Of a stretch of 64,000 nucleotides of DNA, positions 1 through 9,651 are shown in pieces; within the stretch, counting starts at the first letter, position 1; every line of letters begins with the position of its first letter. The notes below the pieces were generated by a model, which worked only from the letters and a program-made list of their open reading frames with translations, was not told where the DNA came from and did no database searches. The translations under genes were made by a program, and so were the position numbers. This stretch comes from an uncultured Clostridia bacterium (lineage in GTDB: Bacteria > Bacillota > Clostridia > UBA1381): assembly GCA_934454035.1 (NCBI GenBank), contig CAKSFY010000001.1, positions 69,483-133,482 of the forward strand, read 5' to 3'.

Positions 1-2312
<2,312 letters not shown>

Positions 2313-2427
2313 AATCACAGTACAATCAGAAAAAATGAAATTCATTTCGGCGCTTAAGCCAACATGAAGCACACCGATTTTTTCGGCAGGCAATTTTATC
2401 CCAACAGGTAAAACGGCAGCAAACTGC

Positions 2428-2473
2428 ATATACAAGGGCTCAGTTTACATTTGTAAACTGAACCCTTGTATAT
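2428..2473 (+). terminator. Long hairpin downstream of lacZ (terminator-like)
   Basis: There is a 19-bp inverted repeat, TACAAGGGCTCAGTTTACA / TGTAAACTGAACCCTTGTA, with one G-U position and a 2-nt loop, flanked by ATA/TAT. No clean T-tract follows, so rho-independent function is uncertain. Confidence 0.45.
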
Positions 2474-2512
2474 ATGAAACGGGTAATATCGGTTACAGTT
2501 ATAGTTTTTATG

Positions 2513-2647
2513 GGGTCTATCGGTTCTATTGATTTTATTGATTTTATTTGTTCTATTTGTTCTATTGGTTCTATGCGTTCTATACGTTCTATTGGTATTA
2601 TTATTAATATTATTTATTTCATTGGTATTATTGGTTTCATCAATTTC
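2513..2647. repeat. Tandem repeat, 15 units of 9 bp (core GTTCTAT)
   Basis: The region divides into gap-free consecutive 9-mers: GGGTCTATC GGTTCTATT GATTTTATT GATTTTATT TGTTCTATT TGTTCTATT GGTTCTATG CGTTCTATA CGTTCTATT GGTATTATT ATTAATATT ATTTATTTC ATTGGTATT ATTGGTTTC ATCAATTTC. The TCTAT core recurs exactly every 9 nt from 2515 to 2587 and then decays. Confidence 0.85.
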
Positions 2648-2792
2648 GGCAGGCAGAGATACTGACTTTTTAATGCTAGGGAAAATAACTCAGAATTATA
2701 CTATATAAAATCAGGGTTCATTTGCTCCGTTTTTAAAATATCACTCATTGCAAACAATTCGGCTCAACATACTATTTCTGCCTTTAATAATA

Positions 2793-2821
2793 TTGACATA
2801 ATATTTAAACGGTGGTATAAT
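2793..2821 (+). promoter_or_regulatory. Sigma-A type promoter for the LiaF-like gene
   Basis: The element reads TTGACA (2793-2798), a 17-nt spacer, then TATAAT (2816-2821) preceded by TGG (extended -10). It lies 48 nt upstream of the ATG at 2869. Confidence 0.6.
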
Positions 2822-2868
2822 TTGCTTGTAAAGGTGTAATGTCAAAATAAAACGGAGGGTTTTATACT

Positions 2869-3540
2869 ATGAAAAAAGTATTAGGTATCTTAATGGGAAT
2901 AGTACTGATTGCAGTCGGCGTAATCTATGCATTGGATGTGTTTAATATTGCGCCGGTAAATATTTCATTGGACGGCTGGTGGACAATATTTATTATTGTA
3001 CCGGGTCTGACAGGTCTTATAACAAGCAAGGATAAGGTCGGGAATTTAATTGTTTTGGCAATAGGCATTTATTTGCTGCTTGCCGCACGCGGAATCATAG
3101 AATACGGAGTTTTCTGGAAATTAATAGTTCCGACAATTATTGTCCTTATCGGAATAAAAATTATTGCTAAATCTTTAAAAGGAGACGGCAGCTCTGCCAC
3201 TGACAAAGATGAAAAAAGCGCCGAATTTGTAGCTGCATTTAATAAAAAAGAAGTTACATATTCCGAAGAAAACCTAAGCCATGCAAGCATTGGCGCGGTT
3301 TTCGGCGGCACAAAGTGCAATCTTTCGGGAGCAACCTTTAAAAAGGACAGCCGTATAGATTTATTTTGTCTGTTCGGCGGAGCGGATATAATTGTTCCTG
3401 AGGATGTTGAAATTAAAATCAATGCATTCAGCCTGTTCGGCGGCATCTCCGATAAACGTGCTGTCAAAAGCCGCAGCAATCCGACGGCAGAGCTGACAGT
3501 GAACGGTTTTTGCATGTTCGGCGGAGCAGATATAAGATAA
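2869..3540 (+). CDS. LiaF-like / cell wall-active antibiotic response domain membrane protein
   Basis: An SD (GGAGGG) precedes the ATG. The N-terminal half has 4 hydrophobic helices. The C-terminal half has a repeated beta motif, LFGGADIIVP...FSLFGGISDK...FCMFGGADI, typical of the LiaF/DUF2154 C-terminal domain. No liaSR genes lie nearby. Confidence 0.6.
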   Translation: MKKVLGILMGIVLIAVGVIYALDVFNIAPVNISLDGWWTIFIIVPGLTGLITSKDKVGNLIVLAIGIYLLLAARGIIEYGVFWKLIVPTIIVLIGIKIIAKSLKGDGSSATDKDEKSAEFVAAFNKKEVTYSEENLSHASIGAVFGGTKCNLSGATFKKDSRIDLFCLFGGADIIVPEDVEIKINAFSLFGGISDKRAVKSRSNPTAELTVNGFCMFGGADIR

Positions 3541-3698
3541 GCATTACGGAAATACAAAGAATTACGGTGTCAGGGTATGATAATATGAAAGCAAATCCGT
3601 ATTTGTGAGCGAAAATGTTTGCAGCAACATTATTTAAATCCCGGCATTTATGATTTTATTTCATCATTGAACAGACAAAAAAGGAGTTTCAACAGAAA

Positions 3699-4316
3699 AT
3701 GATATCAATTTATCTTCAGGGGCTGTCCCTGGGGCTTGCTTATGTGGCGCCAATCGGTATGCAAAACCTGTTTGTCATTAACAACGCAATGAATCGGAAT
3801 TTGGGACGTACAATCGCAACCGCTTTGATTGTTATCTTTTGGGATATTACTCTCGGGCTTGCCTGCTTCCTAGGTGCCGGTGCTCTGATGGAAGCATTGC
3901 CGTGGCTAAAAAAAATAATTCTCGGAACAGGCGGACTGCTGGTTATTTACATAGGCGCCGAACTTGTCCGTTCTAAAACGGATTTAAACAGCGAAAAGGA
4001 TACAAATCAACCGCTTTGGAAGATTGCGTGCACTGCTTTTATCGTGACATGGCTGAATCCCCAGGCGTTGATTGACGGAACATTGATGCTGGGTGCTTTC
4101 CGCGCTTCCTTACCGGCAGGCGGCAATCCGTATTTTATTACCGGTTTTGCTTCAGCCAGTCTCCTTTGGTTTAGCTGCCTGGCAATTGCAGTTCATATTC
4201 TCGGCTGCAAAATCAACAGTCTTGTCCTTACATGGCTGAATCGCATATGCGGCACTGTGATTATTCTCTACGGAATCAGGCTGCTATATAATTTAATACA
4301 AATGTTTTGGGTGTAA
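3699..4316 (+). CDS. LysE/ArgO family amino-acid exporter
   Basis: The product is 205 aa with about 6 TM segments. The N-terminus, YLQGLSLGLAYVAPIGMQNLFVIN, resembles the ArgO/LysE N-terminal signature. An SD (AAGGAG) lies upstream. Confidence 0.75.
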   Translation: MISIYLQGLSLGLAYVAPIGMQNLFVINNAMNRNLGRTIATALIVIFWDITLGLACFLGAGALMEALPWLKKIILGTGGLLVIYIGAELVRSKTDLNSEKDTNQPLWKIACTAFIVTWLNPQALIDGTLMLGAFRASLPAGGNPYFITGFASASLLWFSCLAIAVHILGCKINSLVLTWLNRICGTVIILYGIRLLYNLIQMFWV

Positions 4317-4336
4317 ATTACACCGTCTCTTTTCGG

Positions 4337-4374
4337 GGGAATGTAAAAAAATGCTGAACTTTTTTTACATTCCC
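4337..4374. terminator. Bidirectional terminator between convergent LysE-family and radical SAM genes
   Basis: A 14-bp stem, GGGAATGTAAAAAA / TTTTTTACATTCCC, closes a 9-nt loop. The A/T runs within the arms provide U-tracts in both directions. Confidence 0.65.
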
Positions 4375-4381
4375 TTCGGTT

Positions 4382-5254
4382 TTATTCACCGTAAAACTCA
4401 GGTATAAAGCTTTCGCTTACGGTTCCTCCCTCCTGAATGAATGCATTTTCAACGCCTATTTTCTCTGCATAACCGACAAGGCTTTCATAATATTCTTTCC
4501 CGATCTGTCTGTCAAGCTCCGGAAACTTTTTAACTTGCTTAAGCGGAGTATACTGATTCATTATACTAATCCATATTTTATTTCCGTAAGTATTATAAAG
4601 ATAGTCAATAATCTTTTTCGAATCAAACAAAAGTCCCGGCAGCATAAGATGTCTTACAATAACTCCCTTTTGCATAATTCCGTCATTGTCAAACTGTGCC
4701 GGTCCGACTCTTTTCACCATCTCCGCAATTGCAGCCTTGGCAGTTTCGCAATAATTCCGGGCAGAAGAATATTTTATCGCATATTTGTTATTGTAATACT
4801 TAAAATCCGGCAGATATATATCCGCAAAATCTTCCGGAATCCCGGACATATCTTCATAACCGCCGCAATTGTACACAATCGGAATATTAAGCCCGTTTTT
4901 CTTTGCAATGCCGAGTGCCGCCGCAATTTGCGGAACAAAATGCGTCCCCGTGACAAGATTTATATTATGTGCTCCCTGTCCCTGCAAATCTATAAAAATA
5001 TCCGCAAGCTCGTCCTCGGTCACATACTTCCCTTTTCGGCATGTGCTTATTTCATAGTTCTGACAGAAAACACATCTTAAATTGCACCCTGAAAAAAACA
5101 CCGCTCCCGAACCGTTTTTACCGGAAATGCACGGCTCCTCCCAAAAATGCAGCGCGGCTCTTGCAATTTTTATTCTGTTGTCCATGCCGCAAAATCCGAC
5201 CTCGCCTCGGCTGCGGTCAACACTGCATCGTCTCGGACATAGTGTGCATGGCAT
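4382..5254 (-). CDS. Radical SAM protein, PflX-like (putative glycyl-radical activase family, COG1313)
   Basis: It carries the CNLRCVFCQN radical SAM cluster motif and an N-terminal Cys-rich region, CTLCPRRC...FCG. Overall length (290 aa) matches PflX-type proteins. Confidence 0.75.
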   Translation of the reverse strand: MPCTLCPRRCSVDRSRGEVGFCGMDNRIKIARAALHFWEEPCISGKNGSGAVFFSGCNLRCVFCQNYEISTCRKGKYVTEDELADIFIDLQGQGAHNINLVTGTHFVPQIAAALGIAKKNGLNIPIVYNCGGYEDMSGIPEDFADIYLPDFKYYNNKYAIKYSSARNYCETAKAAIAEMVKRVGPAQFDNDGIMQKGVIVRHLMLPGLLFDSKKIIDYLYNTYGNKIWISIMNQYTPLKQVKKFPELDRQIGKEYYESLVGYAEKIGVENAFIQEGGTVSESFIPEFYGE

Positions 5255-5287
5255 GTTGAATCACCTTTTTTACATGAGTTTTCGTTC

Positions 5288-5316
5288 ATTTTATCATACC
5301 GGTTTTGGTTTGTCAA
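5288..5316 (-). promoter_or_regulatory. Sigma-A type promoter for the radical SAM gene
   Basis: On the minus strand it reads TTGACA (5316-5311), a 17-nt spacer, then TAAAAT (5293-5288). It lies about 35 nt upstream of the ATG at 5254. Confidence 0.5.
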
Positions 5317-5360
5317 TAAGTACGGCGGTAAGAGAGTTAAAAGTTGGTTAAAATGTCATA

Positions 5361-5390
5361 TTGACAAACAGGTGCAGGATATGGTATAGT
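5361..5390 (+). promoter_or_regulatory. Sigma-A type promoter of the pur leader/operon
   Basis: It reads TTGACA (5361-5366), an 18-nt spacer, then TATAGT (5385-5390) preceded by TGG (extended -10). Confidence 0.55.
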
Positions 5391-5421
5391 AAATATATAA
5401 ACTGACATGGGAGGAAATAAA

Positions 5422-5493
5422 ATGCTGATACATATACGTTTTTTTCTCGCAGTTTTTTTATCTTTCCAAAGGGGAAAGAATATTTTTGTATAG
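5422..5493 (+). CDS. 23-codon hydrophobic mini-ORF in the pur leader (leader peptide or small membrane peptide; hypothetical)
   Basis: GGGAGG (5409-5414) lies 7 nt before ATG 5422. The peptide is MLIHIRFFLAVFLSFQRGKNIFV, ending at TAG 5491-5493, 10 nt before the terminator stem. The ORF is too short for statistical support. Confidence 0.3.
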   Translation: MLIHIRFFLAVFLSFQRGKNIFV

Positions 5494-5498
5494 GTGTA

Positions 5499-5535
5499 AA
5501 ATAAAGAACAGAATTTTTCTGTTCTTTTTATTTTT
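5499..5535 (+). terminator. Intrinsic terminator / attenuator immediately upstream of purE
   Basis: The stem AAAGAACAG (5503-5511) / CTGTTCTTT (5519-5527) has A/T extensions and is followed by TTATTTTT. It sits between the only visible promoter and the purE RBS. Confidence 0.7.
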
Positions 5536-5554
5536 AAGAAAGGACTGATTCACT

Positions 5555-6052
5555 ATGCCAAGAGCGGCAATCGTCATGGGCAGCGACTCCGACTTTGAAA
5601 AACTCAAAGGCTGCATCGGAGTATTGAAAAAATTCAACATTGAAACCGAGGTAAGGGTCATTTCGGCACACAGAACTCCGTCGGAAGCGGAAAACTTTGC
5701 AAAAAATGCCGAGGAAAACGGAATTGAAGTAATTATCGCAGCAGCAGGAAAAGCAGCACACTTAGGCGGAGTGCTGGCAGCATTTACAACGCTTCCGGTT
5801 ATAGGTGTGCCTATTAAATCATCTACAATGGACGGACTGGATTCTCTTCTTTCCATGGTTCAGATGCCGAAAGGCATACCTGTTGCAACGGTTGCCATTG
5901 ACGGCGGCGACAATGCGGCAATACTTGCAGTACAGATGCTTTCATTAAAGTATGGCTATTTAAAGGACAAGCTTAAAGAATTTAAGTATCAAATGGCAGA
6001 AGAAGTAAAAGAAAAAGACAGAAAAATGCAAAAAACGGTTGAAAGCTTATAG
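5555..6052 (+). CDS. purE: N5-carboxyaminoimidazole ribonucleotide mutase
   Basis: Motifs [15 protein letters not shown] and [14 protein letters not shown]...PVIGVP are a classic PurE signature. Confidence 0.95.
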   Translation: MPRAAIVMGSDSDFEKLKGCIGVLKKFNIETEVRVISAHRTPSEAENFAKNAEENGIEVIIAAAGKAAHLGGVLAAFTTLPVIGVPIKSSTMDGLDSLLSMVQMPKGIPVATVAIDGGDNAAILAVQMLSLKYGYLKDKLKEFKYQMAEEVKEKDRKMQKTVESL

Positions 6053-6063
6053 GAGGAGCAAAA

Positions 6064-7098
6064 ATGGCAGAAGCATATAAAAAAGCGGGAGTGGACGTAG
6101 AAGCCGGCTACGAATCCGTAAGACTCATAAAAAATGATGTTAAAAAGACTTTTATAGAAGGTGTTCTCGGCGGCATAGGCGGTTTCGGAGGACTTTTTGA
6201 AATTCCGAAAGGATATGAAAATCCCGTGCTTGTATCGGGCACGGACGGGGTCGGCACAAAGCTGAGAATCGCATTTTTGACCGACAAGCATGACACTATA
6301 GGTCAGGACTGCGTTGCCATGTGTGTAAACGACGTTGCCTGTTCGGGCGCAAAGCCGCTGTTCTTTTTAGACTACCTTGCAGTCGGCAAAAATTATCCCG
6401 AAAAGGTCAGCCAAATAGTAAAAGGCGTTGCGGACGGCTGTATAAAGGCAGGCTGCGCATTAGTCGGCGGCGAAACCGCCGAAATGCCCGGATTTTATCC
6501 TGTTGACGAATATGACCTCGCCGGTTTTTCTGTCGGTATAGTGGAAAAATCCAAAATAACCGATGGAAAAAATGCCAAAAGCGGTGACGCACTTATCGGA
6601 ATAGCGTCCTCCGGTATACACTCAAACGGATACTCACTTGTAAGGAAAATATTTGACTTAAATTCCGATGCTGCGGCAGAAAATCTTGCGGTTTACTCAA
6701 ACGAGCTCGGAAAAACAATTGGCGAAGAACTCTTAACACCGACAAAAATCTATGTAAAACCTCTTCTCAAGCTGATTGACGAAATAGGAATACATACAGT
6801 TTCGCATATAACCGGCGGCGGATTTATCGAAAATGTGCCGAGAATGCTTCCCGAATCGCTCAACGCAGTAATAAGAAAGGGCAGCTGGGACATTCTGCCG
6901 ATATTTGATATGATGCAAAAAAAGGCAGAGCTTTCAGAAAAAGATATGTACAATACATTTAATATGGGTATAGGAATGATTGCCGCAGTTGACGCATGCC
7001 ATGCAGAACAGGCAGTAAAATGTCTTGAGGCAGCAGGCGAAAAAGCCTACATAATCGGCGAACTGACAGACGGCAGCGGCAGCATTGACATAGTCTGA
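6064..7098 (+). CDS. purM: Phosphoribosylformylglycinamidine cyclo-ligase (AIR synthetase)
   Basis: N-terminal [11 protein letters not shown], then GTDGVGTKL and DYLA motifs. The product is 344 aa, and a GGAGG SD lies upstream. Confidence 0.95.
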   Translation: MAEAYKKAGVDVEAGYESVRLIKNDVKKTFIEGVLGGIGGFGGLFEIPKGYENPVLVSGTDGVGTKLRIAFLTDKHDTIGQDCVAMCVNDVACSGAKPLFFLDYLAVGKNYPEKVSQIVKGVADGCIKAGCALVGGETAEMPGFYPVDEYDLAGFSVGIVEKSKITDGKNAKSGDALIGIASSGIHSNGYSLVRKIFDLNSDAAAENLAVYSNELGKTIGEELLTPTKIYVKPLLKLIDEIGIHTVSHITGGGFIENVPRMLPESLNAVIRKGSWDILPIFDMMQKKAELSEKDMYNTFNMGIGMIAAVDACHAEQAVKCLEAAGEKAYIIGELTDGSGSIDIV

Positions 7099-7112
7099 AA
7101 AGGAGTACGCAA

Positions 7113-7709
7113 ATGAAAAGAATAGCTGTTTTGGTCTCGGGCGGCGGAACAAATCTGCAGGCGCTTATAGATGCCGAGAAAAGAGGAATCATAAAAAGCG
7201 GCAAAATTGTTTCCGTAGTATCGGATAAAGCCGATGCATACGCTCTTAAGCGTGCCGAAATTAACGGTATTGAAACAAAAGTGATTTTAAAAAAGGACTA
7301 TTCCGGCAGAGAGGCATTTTCAAAGGCATTGTCGGACTATATGACCGAAAAAAAAATCGATTTGGTAATCCTTGCAGGATTTTTATCCATTCTGTCCGGC
7401 GAATTTTTATCGGTTTTTAAAGACAGAATAATAAATGTCCACCCCTCGCTGATTCCCTCCTTTTGCGGAGACGGATTTTACGGACTTAAGGTTCACCGCG
7501 CAGCACTTGACTACGGTGTAAAGGTTACGGGCGCAACGGTACATTTTGTGAACGAGATCACCGACGGGGGCAAAATAATTCTGCAAAAAGCCGTCTGTGT
7601 AAAAGACGGAGACACACCCCAAATACTTCAAAAAAGAGTCATGGAAGAGGCTGAATGGAAAATACTTCCCGAAGCGGCAGAGTTATTCTGCGCAGGAAAG
7701 CTGAAATAA
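7113..7709 (+). CDS. purN: Phosphoribosylglycinamide formyltransferase
   Basis: Motifs IAVLVSGGGTNLQALID, INVHPSLIPSF and GATVHFV are present. The product is 198 aa. Confidence 0.95.
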   Translation: MKRIAVLVSGGGTNLQALIDAEKRGIIKSGKIVSVVSDKADAYALKRAEINGIETKVILKKDYSGREAFSKALSDYMTEKKIDLVILAGFLSILSGEFLSVFKDRIINVHPSLIPSFCGDGFYGLKVHRAALDYGVKVTGATVHFVNEITDGGKIILQKAVCVKDGDTPQILQKRVMEEAEWKILPEAAELFCAGKLK

Positions 7710-7726
7710 GAAAGGACGTTCAGATT

Positions 7727-8440
7727 ATGGAAAAGCTTTGTATAAAAAAAGAATTGTCGGAAAATTCATATCCCGGCAGAGGAATAATAATAGGCAAGTC
7801 TGAGGACGGAAAAAATGCGGCAATAGCATATTTTATAATGGGCAGAAGCTCAAACAGCCGCAACCGCATATTTGTTTCCGACGGAGACGGCATAAAAACA
7901 CAGGCATTTGATGAGTCAAAACTTGAAGACCCGTCACTTATTATATATTCACCGGTAAGAGTTTTGGGCAACAAAACAATTGTCACAAACGGTGACCAGA
8001 CCGACACAATCTATGAGCTTATGAATCAGCAGCTGACATTTGAGCAGGCACTGCGCACAAGAGAATTTGAACCGGACGCACCCAATTATACACCTAGAAT
8101 TTCGGGAATTGTAAAGACAGGCAAAAACGATTTTAATTACGCATTGTCTATTTTAAAAAGCGCTGACGGCAATCCCGAAAGCTGCCTGCGGTTTACATTC
8201 TCGTACAAATCACCGGTTAAGGGAGAGGGACATTTCATTCACACATATATGAATGACGGAAATCCGCTCCCGAGTTTTGAGGGTGAACCGAAGCGTGTCG
8301 GAATAAAGGGCAATATAGATGAATTTACAAATAATATCTGGACTTCACTAAACGAAGAAAATAAGGTATCGCTGTTTGTAAGATTTATTAATCTTGAAAC
8401 AGGTGAAACCGAAACCAGAATAGTGAACAAAAACAAATAG
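7727..8440 (+). CDS. purO: IMP cyclohydrolase, PurO (archaeal-type) family
   Basis: The sequence YPGRGIIIGKSEDGKNAAIAYFIMGRSSNSRNR matches my recollection of the PurO/IMP_cyclohyd family core. I moved the start to ATG 7727 (MEKLCIKK), because the track ORF start at 7655 overlaps purN in another frame. Confidence 0.75.
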   Translation: MEKLCIKKELSENSYPGRGIIIGKSEDGKNAAIAYFIMGRSSNSRNRIFVSDGDGIKTQAFDESKLEDPSLIIYSPVRVLGNKTIVTNGDQTDTIYELMNQQLTFEQALRTREFEPDAPNYTPRISGIVKTGKNDFNYALSILKSADGNPESCLRFTFSYKSPVKGEGHFIHTYMNDGNPLPSFEGEPKRVGIKGNIDEFTNNIWTSLNEENKVSLFVRFINLETGETETRIVNKNK

Positions 8441-8455
8441 AAAGGGCTGATAAAA

Positions 8456-9631
8456 ATGCAGGAAATGCAATTAAAATACGGCTGTAACCCGAATCAAAAA
8501 CCGTCAAGAATATTTATGAAATCAGGGGAACTGCCCATAGAAGTGCTGAACGGAAAACCCGGATATATTAATCTGCTTGACGCCTTTAACGGCTGGCAGC
8601 TTGTTAAGGAATTAAAAAAGGCAACCGGTTTGCCGGCTGCAACCTCATTTAAACATGTTTCCCCGGCAGGCGCTGCCGTCGGAGTTCCTATGTCGGATAC
8701 TCTTAAGAAAATATATTTTGTTGATGACCTTGGCGAGCTTTCGCCGCTTGCCTGTGCATATGCACGCGCAAGAGGGGCGGACAGAATGTCGTCATACGGA
8801 GATTTTATTGCCCTTTCCGACTGCTGCGATGTACCGACCGCAAAAATGATTCAGCGAGAGGTGTCGGACGGAATTATTGCACCGGATTACACACCCGAAG
8901 CTCTGGAGATTTTAAAATCCAAGAGAAAAGGTACTTACAATATAATCAAAATTGACGAAAACTACACTCCCGCTCCCACGGAAACCAAGGATGTATTCGG
9001 CATTACCTTTGAACAGGGCAGAAACGAGCTTAACATAAATGAAGAATTACTTGAAAATGTTGTCACAAAAAACAAGGATCTGACCGCAGAGGAAAAAAGA
9101 AATCTGATAATTTCACTCATTACTCTTAAATATACCCAGTCCAACAGTGTTTGCTATGTTAAAGACGGACAGGCAATCGGTATAGGTGCCGGTCAGCAGT
9201 CGAGAATCCACTGTACCCGTCTTGCCGGCAACAAAGCCGACATTTGGTGGCTGAGACAGTCTCCGAAAGTTTTGGGGCTTGAGTTTGTTGACAATATCCG
9301 CAGAGCAGACCGTGATAATGCAATCGATGTCTACATATCGGATGAATATATGGATGTACTTGCCGACGGAGCATGGCAGAAAATATTTAAAGTCAAACCG
9401 GAACCGTTCACAAAAGAGGAACAAAAAGCATGGCTTTTGAAAAATACAGATGTTGCGCTCGGATCGGACGCATTTTTCCCGTTCGGTGACAATGTGGAAA
9501 GAGCAAAGAAAAGCGGTGTTTCCTGCATTGCGCAGCCGGGCGGCTCGATAAGGGACGACAACGTAATAGATACATGCGACAAGTACGGTATCAAGATGGC
9601 ATTTACCGGAATAAGATTATTCCATCATTAA
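8456..9631 (+). CDS. purH: AICAR formyltransferase (PurH C-terminal domain only, no MGS-like cyclohydrolase domain)
   Basis: It has LKYGCNPNQ, KHVSPAG and the C-terminal FTGIRLFHH typical of the AICARFT domain. At 391 aa it lacks the N-terminal IMPCH/MGS domain of bifunctional PurH. Confidence 0.85.
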   Translation: MQEMQLKYGCNPNQKPSRIFMKSGELPIEVLNGKPGYINLLDAFNGWQLVKELKKATGLPAATSFKHVSPAGAAVGVPMSDTLKKIYFVDDLGELSPLACAYARARGADRMSSYGDFIALSDCCDVPTAKMIQREVSDGIIAPDYTPEALEILKSKRKGTYNIIKIDENYTPAPTETKDVFGITFEQGRNELNINEELLENVVTKNKDLTAEEKRNLIISLITLKYTQSNSVCYVKDGQAIGIGAGQQSRIHCTRLAGNKADIWWLRQSPKVLGLEFVDNIRRADRDNAIDVYISDEYMDVLADGAWQKIFKVKPEPFTKEEQKAWLLKNTDVALGSDAFFPFGDNVERAKKSGVSCIAQPGGSIRDDNVIDTCDKYGIKMAFTGIRLFHH

Positions 9632-9651
9632 TGATTCGGAGGAATACAGCT

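Noticed and set aside
2513-2647. CRISPR array
   Set aside because: The units are 9 bp long and directly abutting, with no spacers. There are no cas genes anywhere in the window.
2474-2665. 63-codon ORF (MKRVISVTVIVFMGSIGSIDFIDF...) as a real small protein
   Set aside because: The frame is kept open only because the underlying tandem repeat has a 9-nt period. There is no Shine-Dalgarno, the ATG lies inside the flank of the lacZ hairpin, and the Ile/Ser/Gly composition is extremely low-complexity.
5391-5554. Known purine-responsive riboswitch (guanine/adenine, ZTP, PRPP) or PurBox in the pur leader
   Set aside because: I could not find the conserved cores by eye, such as the purine three-way junction UAUAAU...GAUAUGG...CCGUAAA, the ZTP GGGUCGUGACUGGCG...CCGCCUGGGCA, or a CGAAC PurBox. 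This is a visual negative only and should be confirmed with covariance models.
7655-7726. N-terminal extensions of track ORFs that overlap the preceding gene (7655, 9574, 41323, 44740, 37910, 36615 and others)
   Set aside because: In each case an internal ATG with a proper SD and a family-typical N-terminus lies just after the upstream stop codon. The extension is read-through of the longest-ORF rule.
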